Source: Candidatus Sericytochromatia bacterium
GTDB taxonomy: Bacteria > Cyanobacteriota > Sericytochromatia > S15B-MN24 > JAQBPE01
DNA: 60,895 bases
Reading direction: 5' to 3'
NCBI GenBank assembly: GCA_035285125.1
Contig: JAYKHR010000117.1
Coordinates: 1 to 60,895, forward strand
Positions 38,878 to 48,474 of the stretch are shown here, in pieces. A program made the position numbers and the translations under genes. Each line of letters starts with the position of its first letter. The stretch's first letter is position 1. A model generated the notes under the pieces. It searched no databases and was not told the origin of the DNA. It saw nothing but the letters and a program-made list of their open reading frames with translations.

Positions 38878-39461
38878 ACGTCGTCGAGTTGTCGCTGCCC
38901 GGCGTGCTGCTGCTCGAACCCCGCGTCCACCGGGACGAGCGCGGCTGCTTCCTGGAGACCTGGCACGCCGCCCGCTATGCGGAGGCGGGCGTGCCCGCGA
39001 CCTTCGTGCAGGACAACATGAGCCAGTCGCGCCACGGGGTGCTGCGCGGGCTGCACTACCAGCTGGACCGGCCGCAGGGCAAGCTGGTGCACGTCACGCG
39101 CGGACGCATCTTCGATGTGGCGGTGGACGTGCGCCGCGGCTCCCCCACCTTCGGGCAGTGGTGCGGGGTGGAGCTGAGCGACGAGACGCGGCGGCAGCTG
39201 TGGATCCCCGCCGGCCTCGCCCACGGCTTCCTGGTGCTCTCGGAGGAGGCCGAGGTGGCCTACAAGTGCACCGCCCCCTATGACCACGCCTCCGAGCGCG
39301 GCATCCGCTGGAACGACCCGGCGCTGGGCATCACCTGGCCCCTGGCCGGCCTGACGCCGCTGATCTCGGAGAAGGACGCCTGCCTGCCGGCCCTGCCGGC
39401 GCAGGCCGACCTGCCCCCCTACCTCGAGCCCGACCGAAGGGAGTCGCCATGCGCATCCTAG
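38874..39461 (+). CDS. rfbC: dTDP-4-dehydrorhamnose 3,5-epimerase
   Basis: [27 protein letters not shown]. Confidence 0.96.
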   Translation: MNVVELSLPGVLLLEPRVHRDERGCFLETWHAARYAEAGVPATFVQDNMSQSRHGVLRGLHYQLDRPQGKLVHVTRGRIFDVAVDVRRGSPTFGQWCGVELSDETRRQLWIPAGLAHGFLVLSEEAEVAYKCTAPYDHASERGIRWNDPALGITWPLAGLTPLISEKDACLPALPAQADLPPYLEPDRRESPCAS

Positions 39462-40462
39462 TGACCGGCGGCGCCGGCTTCATCGGCAGCAACTTCGCGC
39501 GCCTGGTGCTCGCCGAGCGCCCGACCGACGCCGTGACCGTCCTCGACGCCCTCACCTACGCGGGCAACTACGAGACGCTGCGCCCCTTCGAGGGCCACCC
39601 CGGCTTCCGCTTCGTGCACGGTGACATCCGCGACGCCTCCCTCGTGGATGCCCTGGCGGCCACCCACGACGCCATCGTGCACTTCGCTGCCGAGAGCCAC
39701 GTCGACCGCTCCATCAGCGATCCGGGCGTGTTCGTGCGGACGAACGTGGAGGGCACCGTCGTGCTGCTCGAGGCGGCCCACCGGCACGGCCATGCGCGCT
39801 ACGTGCAGGTGAGCACGGACGAGGTCTACGGCAGCCTCGGGCCCACGGGGGCCTTCACGGAGCAGACGCCTCTCGCCCCCAACAGCCCCTACGCGGCGAG
39901 CAAGGCCGCCGCCGACATGATGGTGCGGGCCTGGCACGAAACCTTCGGCCTGCCGGCGATGATCACGCGCTGCAGCAACAACTACGGGCCCTTTCACTTC
40001 CCCGAGAAGCTCATTCCGCTCTTCATCACGAACGCGATGCACGACGAACCGCTGCCCGTCTATGGCGACGGCCTGTACGTCCGCGACTGGCTCCACGTGG
40101 AGGACCACTGCCGCGCGATCGCCCGGGTGCTCGACGCCGGCCGCCCCGGCGAGGTCTACAACGTCGGCGGGCGAAACGAGCACACCAACCTCGCCATCAC
40201 GGGCCTGATTCTGCGGGCTCTCGGCAAGCCGGAGACGCTCGTCCGCCACGTCCAGGACCGGCCGGGCCACGACCGCCGCTACGCCATCGACGCCGCCAAG
40301 CTCGAGCGCGAGCTGGGGTGGCAGCCGCGCTACGACTTCGAGACGGGCCTCGCCGAGACGATCGCCTGGTACCAGGCGAACACCAGCTGGTGGGGCCCGC
40401 TGCGGGAGCGGGCCATCGAGGCCAAGCGGGCGGCGGCAAACCGGGTGTCGAGCAGGGGGTGA
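39449..40462 (+). CDS. rfbB: dTDP-glucose 4,6-dehydratase
   Basis: TGGAGFIGSNF; HFAAESHVDRSI; STDEVYG; YAASK; DRPGHDRRYAID. Confidence 0.97.
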   Translation: MRILVTGGAGFIGSNFARLVLAERPTDAVTVLDALTYAGNYETLRPFEGHPGFRFVHGDIRDASLVDALAATHDAIVHFAAESHVDRSISDPGVFVRTNVEGTVVLLEAAHRHGHARYVQVSTDEVYGSLGPTGAFTEQTPLAPNSPYAASKAAADMMVRAWHETFGLPAMITRCSNNYGPFHFPEKLIPLFITNAMHDEPLPVYGDGLYVRDWLHVEDHCRAIARVLDAGRPGEVYNVGGRNEHTNLAITGLILRALGKPETLVRHVQDRPGHDRRYAIDAAKLERELGWQPRYDFETGLAETIAWYQANTSWWGPLRERAIEAKRAAANRVSSRG

Positions 40463-40474
40463 CAGAGCAGCCGC

Positions 40475-40503
40475 TTTACAAGTTCAGCGACCTGAGGTAA
40501 CTT
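40475..40503 (+). promoter_or_regulatory. Sigma70-type promoter
   Basis: TTTACA-N17-TAACTT. Confidence 0.6.
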
Positions 40504-40651
40504 GCCGACCATGCAAGGGACCGGGTGTCTTAGCTCCCACGCCACCGAGCGACCTACCGTCAACCGCGGTTCGTCGCGAACACGGCGCCCCGGGTGCAAC
40601 CAAGCAACCACGCGGTCGCTTCCCCTTACCACCACCTCGTGATCGGCTGCG

Positions 40652-40681
40652 CCGAGCCTCCCTGGCTCGGTCTTTTTGTTT
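40652..40681 (+). terminator. Intrinsic terminator/attenuator before DUF47-pit
   Basis: CCGAGCC-tccct-GGCTCGG followed by TCTTTTTGTTT. Confidence 0.8.
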
Positions 40682-40700
40682 GTAGCCAAAGGACCACCCT

Positions 40701-41336
40701 GTGCTCAAGTTCCTGCCCAAGGACCTCACCTTCTTCGACCTGCTCGAAGCATCCGCAGCCCGTGCAGAGGCCGCCATCCTGGAGTTGCAGCGCCTCGTCG
40801 CGGGCGAGGCCGCGGCCGCTGAGGCGCTGCGGGAGCGCCGGCGGGCCGAGCACCGCCGTGAGGGCCCGACCTTCACGCTGATCGACAAGCTGAACGGCAC
40901 CTTCCTCACCCCCTTGGACCGGGAGGACCTGCACGACCTCGCGTTCCGGCTCGACGACATCCTGGACGCGATCCTGATCGCCGCCGACCGCGTCACGCTC
41001 TACCGCATCGACGCCTATGCCGGGCACATCCCGCAGCTGATCGGGCTGTTGCAGGCCACCCAGGCCCCGCTGCAGGCTGGTCTGGCGGCCTTGCGGTCAC
41101 CGCAAACGCACGGGACCGCCCTCGAGCAGGCCCGCGTACTCCACGGCCTCGGGCTTCAGGCCGACGACCTCCACCACGAGGCCCTGGCCCAGCTCTACGC
41201 GATCCCGATGGAGAGCCCCCAGCTGGTGCTGGAGGCCATCAAGCTCAAGGAGATCTACGACCAGATGAAGCGCGCGCTGGACGCCTCTGAGGACGTGGCA
41301 GACATCCTGCACGGCATCGTCGTCAAGAACGCGTGA
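40701..41336 (+). CDS. DUF47 (PhoU-like) phosphate transport regulator
   Basis: FLPKD..FFDL; TFLTPLDREDLH.L...LDDILD; IVVKNA; precedes pit. Confidence 0.9.
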   Translation: MLKFLPKDLTFFDLLEASAARAEAAILELQRLVAGEAAAAEALRERRRAEHRREGPTFTLIDKLNGTFLTPLDREDLHDLAFRLDDILDAILIAADRVTLYRIDAYAGHIPQLIGLLQATQAPLQAGLAALRSPQTHGTALEQARVLHGLGLQADDLHHEALAQLYAIPMESPQLVLEAIKLKEIYDQMKRALDASEDVADILHGIVVKNA

Positions 41337-41346
41337 GGCGCTCGAC

Positions 41347-42381
41347 ATGACCACCGCCCTGTACTTGCTGGCGCTGATTGTAGCGCTGGCGCTCATCTTC
41401 GACTTCATCAACGGCTTCCACGACACGGCGAACGCCATCGCCTGCTCGGTGTCGACCCGCGTGCTGACGCCGGCCGCCGCCATCGGCCTGGCCGCCACCA
41501 TGAACCTGTGCGGCGCCCTGGTCAGCACCAAGGTCGCCGCGACGATTGGCAAGGGCATCCTCGTACCTGAGTTCGTGACGCCCCAACTTGTCATCGCGGC
41601 CCTGTTGGCCGCCATCGGCTGGAACCTGCTCACATGGTGGTGGGGGCTGCCCTCGAGCTCCAGCCACGCGTTGATCGGCGGCGTCGCGGGGGCCGGCTTC
41701 GCCGCGGGCGGCGGCGCCGCCCTGCAGTTGGACGGCCTCTTGAAGATCGTCAAGTCTCTCATCGGCTCCCCGCTGCTGGGCTTCCTCGTGGGGGGCACGC
41801 TAATGGTCGCGCTCTACGTCGCCTGCCGTCGCTGGGCCCCCGGGGCCGTCCGGCAGACCTTCAGGCCCTTGCAGGTGCTTGCGGCGGCCTTCATCTCGTT
41901 CACGCACGGGATGAACGACGCCCAGAAGAGCATGGGCGTCATCCTGCTGGCACTCATCGGGGCAGGCACGCTGGGCCAGGGAGCCGAGGTGCCGCTGTGG
42001 GTCAAGCTGAGCTGCGCCGTGGCCATGGCCTGCGGCACGGCGGTGGGCGGTTGGAAGATCATCAAGACGATGGGCACCAAGATCGTGAAGCTCCAGCCCA
42101 TCAACGGGTTCGCGGCCGACGTCACCTCCGCGAGTGTGATCCTCGGAGCCTCCACGCTGGGACTGCCCGTGTCCACGACGCACGTGGCCGCCAGCTCCAT
42201 CCTCGGCGTGGGCAGCACCCGGCGCCTGTCGGCCGTGCGCTGGGGGGTGGCCGGAAACATGGTGCTCGCGTGGATTTTCACCATTCCGATCACCTTCGCC
42301 CTGTCTGCCGGGCTGTTTGGCGCATCGCAGGCCTTGGGAGGCCCTGCCGCCCAGGCGGCGAAAGCGGCTCCGCAGCCGTGA
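41347..42381 (+). CDS. pit: Inorganic phosphate transporter (PiT family)
   Basis: NGFHDTANAIA; GLPSSSSHALIGG; HGMNDAQK; PVSTTH. Confidence 0.95.
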   Translation: MTTALYLLALIVALALIFDFINGFHDTANAIACSVSTRVLTPAAAIGLAATMNLCGALVSTKVAATIGKGILVPEFVTPQLVIAALLAAIGWNLLTWWWGLPSSSSHALIGGVAGAGFAAGGGAALQLDGLLKIVKSLIGSPLLGFLVGGTLMVALYVACRRWAPGAVRQTFRPLQVLAAAFISFTHGMNDAQKSMGVILLALIGAGTLGQGAEVPLWVKLSCAVAMACGTAVGGWKIIKTMGTKIVKLQPINGFAADVTSASVILGASTLGLPVSTTHVAASSILGVGSTRRLSAVRWGVAGNMVLAWIFTIPITFALSAGLFGASQALGGPAAQAAKAAPQP

Positions 42382-43061
42382 GCGCCATAACCAAGCCCCA
42401 GCATCCCTCACCCGCCGTGGCGTTGCTGGACCCGGACCCGGTGTCGCGTGATCTGACGATGGCAGCGCTGCGGGCTGGTGACATGGCCCCGCAGGTGCTC
42501 CACGACCCCCGCGAGGCCCTCGCCCTGGCCCGGAGCGGCCAACTGGACCTGATTGTGACGGAATTGAGGCTCCCCTACGTCAACGGCCCGGTCTTCCTCG
42601 AGTTGTTGCGGGAACAGGCTCCGTCGGTGCCGGTCATCTTCGTGGCGGCCAGCGCCAGCGCCACGGAGGTGTTGCAAGCCCTGCGGCGGGGGCGCGCGTT
42701 CGATCTGTTCCTGAAGCCTCTGGCCCACCCTCAAGACCTCATCGTCTCGATCCATCTGGCGTTGCAGCGCCAGGAAGCTCTGCGGCCGGCCCGCCCTGCC
42801 AGGCCTGCGGTCGTCCCCGGCCTGACAGATCGCGAAGCGGCGGTGGCCGCGCTGTTGACGACGGGGCTTGCCCCTCGGGACATCGCCGAACGGCTCGGGC
42901 TGAAGGAGAAGGCCGTGCGCAACGCGCTCTCGAGCCTCTACCAGCGTCTTGGCGTCACGGGCCGCACGCAGGCGGTGCTGCGCTGCCTCGAGTTGGGGCT
43001 GGGGGAGAGGCGACTGGCCGCGGGTCTCCCTCTCATAGCGGGCCGCGAAGCCCCGCTATGA
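42378..43061 (+). CDS. Response regulator with atypical receiver and LuxR/NarL HTH
   Basis: Receiver-like N-domain; LTDREAAV..LL..G...RDIAERLGL.EKAVRN...LYQRLGV..RTQAV. Confidence 0.85.
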   Translation: MSAITKPQHPSPAVALLDPDPVSRDLTMAALRAGDMAPQVLHDPREALALARSGQLDLIVTELRLPYVNGPVFLELLREQAPSVPVIFVAASASATEVLQALRRGRAFDLFLKPLAHPQDLIVSIHLALQRQEALRPARPARPAVVPGLTDREAAVAALLTTGLAPRDIAERLGLKEKAVRNALSSLYQRLGVTGRTQAVLRCLELGLGERRLAAGLPLIAGREAPL

Positions 43062-43679
43062 GAGGTCTCGCGACTCTGAGTTGACCCGGATCGAGCGGCC
43101 GCCTGCCGAGAACACCAGCTCCTTGCGCCAGACCTGGGCCGCCCACGTGGCCTTTCTGATCAAGTGGGGTTCCAAGGCCTGCAAGTCCACGCCTGAGAGC
43201 GTGAACTCCACCACCGGGGAGGCGGCCTTGGCCCGAAGGGTTGCAAGCGACGCGCGCTGATCGTGGGCGTGGTCGAACACATCGGCCAGCCTGAGGACGG
43301 CAGCCAGCGCGCGGATGCGCTTCATCTCGCCGCGCCGCAGGGCCTCGAGCCCCCTCGGGTTGCGCTTGCGATGGTTCAGCACCACCAAACCCACGTCAGC
43401 CCGCATCGACGGCGGCCAACCGGCCGTCTGCACGTCGTGCGTCACCAGGTAGCGGCTGTGGCGGTGGTGGTACTCGGCATCCACCACCCGACCGAGGTCG
43501 TGAAGATAGGCCGCCGCCAGGAGGCTGGGCCTGTCAGCTGGCTGGAGCCAGTTCAGGCACCACGTCGCCTCGAGCAGCTGGTCGGCCAGCCCGGCCACGT
43601 GCGCAGCGTGGGCCGCGTCTGCCCCGTACTTTGCCACAAGGTGCAAGCAGTCTCGCTTCCAGTCAGCAGCATCAAGCAC
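43056..43679 (-). CDS. Stand-alone HD domain of Ppx/GppA type
   Basis: HAAHVA..A; AAYLHDLG; HHRHSRYLV; NHRK; LRLADVFD. Confidence 0.8.
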   Translation of the reverse strand: MLDAADWKRDCLHLVAKYGADAAHAAHVAGLADQLLEATWCLNWLQPADRPSLLAAAYLHDLGRVVDAEYHHRHSRYLVTHDVQTAGWPPSMRADVGLVVLNHRKRNPRGLEALRRGEMKRIRALAAVLRLADVFDHAHDQRASLATLRAKAASPVVEFTLSGVDLQALEPHLIRKATWAAQVWRKELVFSAGGRSIRVNSESRDLS

Positions 43680-43851
43680 GCACGCGTTCCTCCAACCGGC
43701 GCGCCACGGCTGCCGCGGAGGACAGCAGGCTCGCGAAGGCCGGGGAGGGCAGGTCCCGTGGACCACCGCGGCGTCCGTCGCCCTTGTCCCAAGCGCCTTC
43801 GAAGGTCAGCAAGGTGCTGAGCAACCCCCAGCGCGCCAGCTCATCATTCAT
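43672..43851 (-). CDS. Small hypothetical protein (59 aa), not in ORF track
   Basis: GGAGG 7 nt before ATG; MNDELARWGLLSTLL...RRLEERVRA; stop overlaps the GTG start of the HD gene. Confidence 0.5.
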   Translation of the reverse strand: MNDELARWGLLSTLLTFEGAWDKGDGRRGGPRDLPSPAFASLLSSAAAVARRLEERVRA

Positions 43852-44139
43852 CGTTCAACCTCCTGCCACCCTCCCGGCGGCCTCTCCCTGCCATGGGCCA
43901 CGGCGCGGCCCCAAGCGCCAGGGGAGACACCCGGATCTTAACCGAGCGAGCACCAGGCATCCGGCGGCGCCGGTCAAAGGACTAGCCAAACGGCAACATG
44001 ACTGACCAGGAAGGCCCCGAGGCCGCGGCGACCAGCGCCGAATGGCGATGGAGCAAGCGAGTCGGGGTGGCCTGCCTCGGGCAGCCTACCAAGAACTGGG
44101 CGCCACGCTACAATGGACCGCCCAACCCAGGAGGTCCCG

Positions 44140-46962
44140 ATGTCCACCCCGCCCCGCCTGCTGCTCATCGACGGCCACGCCCTGGCCTACCGCGCGTACT
44201 TCGCGCTGATGCGCCGGGGCTTCTCGACGCGAGACGGGCGGCCGACGGGCGCCATCTTCGGCTTCGTGAAGATGATGCTGGAGGCCGTGGGCCAGCTGCG
44301 CCCGACGTGCCTGGCCGTGGCCTTCGACCGCGCGGCGCCCACCTTCCGCCACGAGGCCTACGACCAGTACAAGGCGCACCGCGCGAAGATGGACGACGAC
44401 ATGGTGGCTCAGATGGCGCCGCTGCGTGAGGTGGTGGCCGCCTTCGATGTGCCCATCTACGAGCTCGACGGCTTCGAGGCCGACGACCTCATCGGCACCA
44501 TCTCCCGGCAGGCCGAGGCCGAGGGCTTCGAGGTCGAGATCCTCACGGGCGATCGGGACGCGTTCCAGCTGGTGACGGACCGCGTGAAGGTGCTGCTGCC
44601 GCGCTCCGGCGTGGGCGACCTCGAGGTCTTCGGGCCCGCCGAGGTGCTCGCCAAGATGGGCGTGACCCCCGCCCAGGTCCCGGACCTCAAGGGCCTGATG
44701 GGCGACAGCTCGGACAACATCCCGGGCGTGCCCGGCGTCGGCGAGAAGAGCGCCGTGAAGCTGCTCCAGACCTACCCCACGATGGACGCCCTCTACGCGC
44801 ACGTCGCGGAGGTGCCGGGCAAGCTCGGCGAGAAGCTCCGCGACCACGAGGCCCTCGCGCGGCTCAGCCTGTCGCTCGCCACCATCGACCGCGAGGCCCC
44901 CGTCCGCTTCGAGGCGGACCGCTGCCACCTGACGATGCCCGACCTGCCGCGCCTCACGCAGGTGCTCGAGGCGCTCGAGTTTACCAGCATCATCCGCCAG
45001 CTGCCCCAGTCACTCGCGGCCTTCGGGCCCGCGGGGGCCACCCGCACCGCGCCGGCTCCAGCCTTCACCCCGCCCGTAAACCCGCCCGGCCAACCGGGCC
45101 TGTTCGATGCGGTGCCCGAGGCGCCGACGCCAGCCGTGCACGTCGCGCGGCCGCTGCAGCTGGATCTGACGGTGGTGGACACGCCGGCAGCCCTGCAGGC
45201 CCTGGCCGCCGCCCTGGCCTCGGCCCCGGCCTTCGTCTACGACGTGGAGACGACGGGGCTGAACGCCCTGCGCTGCGAGCTGGTGGGGCTCGCCCTCGCC
45301 GTGGGTGGCCCCGAGGCGGCCGCCTGCCGGGCCTTCTACGTCCCCCTGCGCCACGCGGGCGCGGCCAACATGGCCTGGGACGAGGTCCGCGCCGCCGTCG
45401 CGCCCGCCTTTGCGGACGCCACGAAGCTGAAGATCGCCCACCACGAGAAGTACGACATGCAGGTGCTCACGCGGGCGGGCCTGGCCGTGGCGCCGCCCAC
45501 CTACGACACGATGATCGCGGACTACCTCGTGGAGTCCGGGCGGCAGAGCCACGGCCTCAAGGAACTGGCCTGGGAGCACCTGCGCTACGAGATGACGGAG
45601 ATCAAGGCCCTCATCGGCAGCGGCCAGAAGGCCATCACCATGGCGGAGGTGCCCGTCGAGAAGGCCGCACCCTATGCGGCGGCAGACGTGGCCGTGACGA
45701 TGGAGCTGCGCCACTTCCTCGACCCGCTGCTCGAGGCCCGGGGCCAGCGCGCCCTGTTCGACGAGGTGGAGCTGCCGCTGGTGCCCGTCCTCGCGGCGAT
45801 GGAGCGGCACGGCGTGCGGCTCGACCTCGCCTGGCTCGCCCAGCTCAGCGAGACGCTCGGGGTGCGCATCGGCGCAGCGGAGGCCGAGATCCACGCCCAG
45901 GCCGGAGGCGCCTTCAACATCAACTCGCCCAAGCAGCTCGGCGTGGTGCTGTTCGAGAAGCTCCAGCTGCCCGTCATCAAGCGCACGAAGACGGGCCCGA
46001 GCACCGACGCCGAGGTGCTGGAGGAGCTCTCCACGAGCCACGAGGTGGTGCGCAGCATTCTCGAGTACCGGCAGCTGGTCAAGCTCAAGAACACCTACGT
46101 CGACGCCCTGCCCACGATGGTGGACCCCGCCACGGGGCGCGTGCACACGAGCTTCAACCAAACGATCGCGGCCACCGGCCGGTTGAGCTCGCAGGATCCC
46201 AACTTGCAGAACATCCCGATCCGGACGGAGCTCGGGCGCGAGATCCGGCGGGCCTTCGTGCCGAGCCGTCCCGACCGGGTGATCCTCGCGGCCGACTACT
46301 CGCAGATCGAGCTGCGCATCCTGGCCCACGTGACGGGGGACGCCACCTTCCTCAAGGCCTTCCGGGAGGACCGCGACATCCACGCCGTGACGGCCTCCGA
46401 GATCTTCGGCGTGCCGCTCGAGGCCGTGACGGGGGACCAGCGGCGCCGGGCCAAGACCACGAACTTCGGGATCGTCTACGGGCAGTCCGACTTCGGCCTC
46501 TCGAAGGCGCTCGGCATTCCCCGCAAGGAAGCCCGCGAGTTCATCGAGCGCTTCAACGCCCGTTACCCGGGCATCCAGCACTACATGATCCGCACCATCG
46601 CAGCCGCCAAGCGGGATGGCTACGTGTCGACGCTGGCGGGTCGGCGGCGCTACATCCCCGAGGTCAACGCCGGCAACCGCCAGGTCCGGGACTTCGGGGA
46701 GCGCATGGCCATCAACGCGCCGATCCAGGGCACGGCCGCCGACATCATCAAGATCGCGATGGTCCGCCTCGCCCCCAGGCTCGTGGGGCTGCCCGCCACG
46801 CTGCTGCTGCAGGTCCACGACGAGCTCGTCCTCGAGGTGGACGAGGCCGCCGTGGAGACCGTGGCGGCGCTGGTGCGCGAGGTGATGGAGGGTGCCTTCG
46901 CGCTCGAGGTGCCCTTGAAGGTCGACGTCCACTGGGGCGCCACGTGGATGGACGCAAAGTAA
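44140..46962 (+). CDS. polA: DNA polymerase I
   Basis: LLLIDGH..AYRA 5'-3' exonuclease; YDVETTG; ADYSQIELRILAH; QVHDELV. Confidence 0.98.
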   Translation: MSTPPRLLLIDGHALAYRAYFALMRRGFSTRDGRPTGAIFGFVKMMLEAVGQLRPTCLAVAFDRAAPTFRHEAYDQYKAHRAKMDDDMVAQMAPLREVVAAFDVPIYELDGFEADDLIGTISRQAEAEGFEVEILTGDRDAFQLVTDRVKVLLPRSGVGDLEVFGPAEVLAKMGVTPAQVPDLKGLMGDSSDNIPGVPGVGEKSAVKLLQTYPTMDALYAHVAEVPGKLGEKLRDHEALARLSLSLATIDREAPVRFEADRCHLTMPDLPRLTQVLEALEFTSIIRQLPQSLAAFGPAGATRTAPAPAFTPPVNPPGQPGLFDAVPEAPTPAVHVARPLQLDLTVVDTPAALQALAAALASAPAFVYDVETTGLNALRCELVGLALAVGGPEAAACRAFYVPLRHAGAANMAWDEVRAAVAPAFADATKLKIAHHEKYDMQVLTRAGLAVAPPTYDTMIADYLVESGRQSHGLKELAWEHLRYEMTEIKALIGSGQKAITMAEVPVEKAAPYAAADVAVTMELRHFLDPLLEARGQRALFDEVELPLVPVLAAMERHGVRLDLAWLAQLSETLGVRIGAAEAEIHAQAGGAFNINSPKQLGVVLFEKLQLPVIKRTKTGPSTDAEVLEELSTSHEVVRSILEYRQLVKLKNTYVDALPTMVDPATGRVHTSFNQTIAATGRLSSQDPNLQNIPIRTELGREIRRAFVPSRPDRVILAADYSQIELRILAHVTGDATFLKAFREDRDIHAVTASEIFGVPLEAVTGDQRRRAKTTNFGIVYGQSDFGLSKALGIPRKEAREFIERFNARYPGIQHYMIRTIAAAKRDGYVSTLAGRRRYIPEVNAGNRQVRDFGERMAINAPIQGTAADIIKIAMVRLAPRLVGLPATLLLQVHDELVLEVDEAAVETVAALVREVMEGAFALEVPLKVDVHWGATWMDAK

Positions 46963-47011
46963 CCATAACCTGAAACCGTGATCGGCGTCGCAGCCGGCTG
47001 ATCGAACAACC

Positions 47012-47039
47012 TCAAGTCGGCCCGCAGGGGTGTCGATAG
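47012..47039 (+). promoter_or_regulatory. Sigma28-type promoter upstream of flaG
   Basis: TCAAG-N15-GTCGATAG. Confidence 0.7.
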
Positions 47040-47102
47040 AACGGGTGGAGCCATGGACGGAGCCGGGCCCCTCGCGGGGCCATGTCGACAAAGGAAGACG
47101 CG

Positions 47103-47465
47103 ATGAACATCACATCAAGCACTCCCCTGGTGCGAACGCCCTCTCCCAGCGGCCCCCAGCCCCCGGCCGGGGCCAAGGTCGGCGCCGTGGCGCCGGAGCT
47201 GCCACCCGTGTCGCTGCAGGCCGCCGCCGTGCCGGAGGCCCGCTCGAGCCCCCTGCTCGAGGAGGCGGTGGAACAAGCCAACCAGAAGCTGCAGGCCGGC
47301 GGCAAGATCGAGTTCAGCGTCCACGAGGGCTCGAACCGTGTGGTCGTGCGGGTCACGGACCCGGAGAGCATGGAAGTCGTGCGAGAGTTCCCCAACACCG
47401 CCCTGCTCGACATGGTGTCGAAGCTGCAAGACCTGTCTGGCGTCGCCGTCGACGAAACGGCCTGA
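47103..47465 (+). CDS. flaG: FlaG family protein
   Basis: IEFSVHE.SNRVVVRVTD..S.EVVREFP...LLD...G..VDE. Confidence 0.9.
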   Translation: MNITSSTPLVRTPSPSGPQPPAGAKVGAVAPELPPVSLQAAAVPEARSSPLLEEAVEQANQKLQAGGKIEFSVHEGSNRVVVRVTDPESMEVVREFPNTALLDMVSKLQDLSGVAVDETA

Positions 47466-47527
47466 GGCCCTCTGGAAGATGCCGTCGGGGGTTGAGGCCC
47501 CCGGTTGTAGAGAGAGTGAGGCACCCC

Positions 47528-47926
47528 ATGGTGACAAATCCCTACCAGCAGTACCAGGAGGCGAGCCTGGAGACGGCCAGCCAGGGCAAGCTGCTGCTGA
47601 TGCTGTATGACGGGGCCATCCGCTTCCTGGTGACCACGCAGACCGCGTTGGGCGAGCAACGGTGGGTCGACGCCCACCAGGCCAGCGTTCGGGCGCAGGA
47701 CATCATCCATGAGCTCATGTTCAGCCTGAACATGGAGGCCGGCGACATCGCCCCGAACCTTTACAGGCTCTACGAGTACATGAACTGGCGGCTCGTGCAC
47801 GCCAACGTGCGCCGGGAGGCAGCGGGGGCCAAGGAGGTCGAGGGCTTGCTGCGCGACCTGCGGGGCGCCTGGGCCGAGGCCGTCCGGTCGACCCCGGGCC
47901 ACGCGAGCAACGCCGGGGCAGCCTAG
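47528..47926 (+). CDS. fliS: Flagellin chaperone FliS
   Basis: NPYQQY; TASQGKLLLMLYDGAIRF; AQDII.EL; NL..LYEY; LRGAW. Confidence 0.95.
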   Translation: MVTNPYQQYQEASLETASQGKLLLMLYDGAIRFLVTTQTALGEQRWVDAHQASVRAQDIIHELMFSLNMEAGDIAPNLYRLYEYMNWRLVHANVRREAAGAKEVEGLLRDLRGAWAEAVRSTPGHASNAGAA

Positions 47927-47931
47927 CCGAG

Positions 47932-48291
47932 ATGCGCCCCATGCACCAGCTCTACATCGCCCTGCACGCCGCCAGCCTGCGCCAGCTCGACGCCCTGCGC
48001 CGTGACGACCACGCAGCCTTCGAGGCCGCCACGGACGAGCGCGACGCGACCTTCGCGGAGATCCAGCGCCGAGAGCCTGAACTGGCCGCCGCCGATGCCC
48101 GCAGCCGGGAGGCGATCCGAGCCACCATCGCGGACGTGCTCGCCAGCGACGAGGCGCTGCAGGCCCTGCTCGATCAGGCCTCGGCGCGCACGCTCGCCGA
48201 ACTGCAGGCCGTCTCCACCGGGCTGACGGCCCTCCAGACCTATGGCGCGGGCGAGGCGCCGCCGGCCTACTACATCGACCGGGCGCAGTGA
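47932..48291 (+). CDS. FliT-like flagellar chaperone
   Basis: 119-aa helical protein after fliS ending Y......YYID. Confidence 0.55.
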   Translation: MRPMHQLYIALHAASLRQLDALRRDDHAAFEAATDERDATFAEIQRREPELAAADARSREAIRATIADVLASDEALQALLDQASARTLAELQAVSTGLTALQTYGAGEAPPAYYIDRAQ

Positions 48292-48382
48292 AGCGGTTAA
48301 CCGCTTCTTAAAACTTCACGACAACCGTTATGTGAATCCCCCGGCGCCGAATTCGCCGGGGTATATCCACGTCACGCGGATT

Positions 48383-48426
48383 TGTGACGCTTTTCCTATT
48401 TTTCACATAATCCTGCTTGATAGGAT
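48383..48426 (+). promoter_or_regulatory. CRP-type site plus extended -10 upstream of flgB
   Basis: TGTGA-cgcttt-TCCTA (48383-48398), 22 nt, then TG-a-TAGGAT (hexamer 48421-48426). Confidence 0.6.
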
Positions 48427-48474
48427 GGGCACCGCTCGGCCCGTGCGCCGTGGCCTGACCTGGAGGTCGCGCCG

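Noticed and set aside
37954..40462. rml cluster lacking rmlD
   Set aside because: rmlD is often located elsewhere; not unusual
43935..43943. CTTAACC as a cyanobacterial Pho box
   Set aside because: Single unit with no 11-bp tandem repeats; it overlaps a plausible -10 (TAAGAT)
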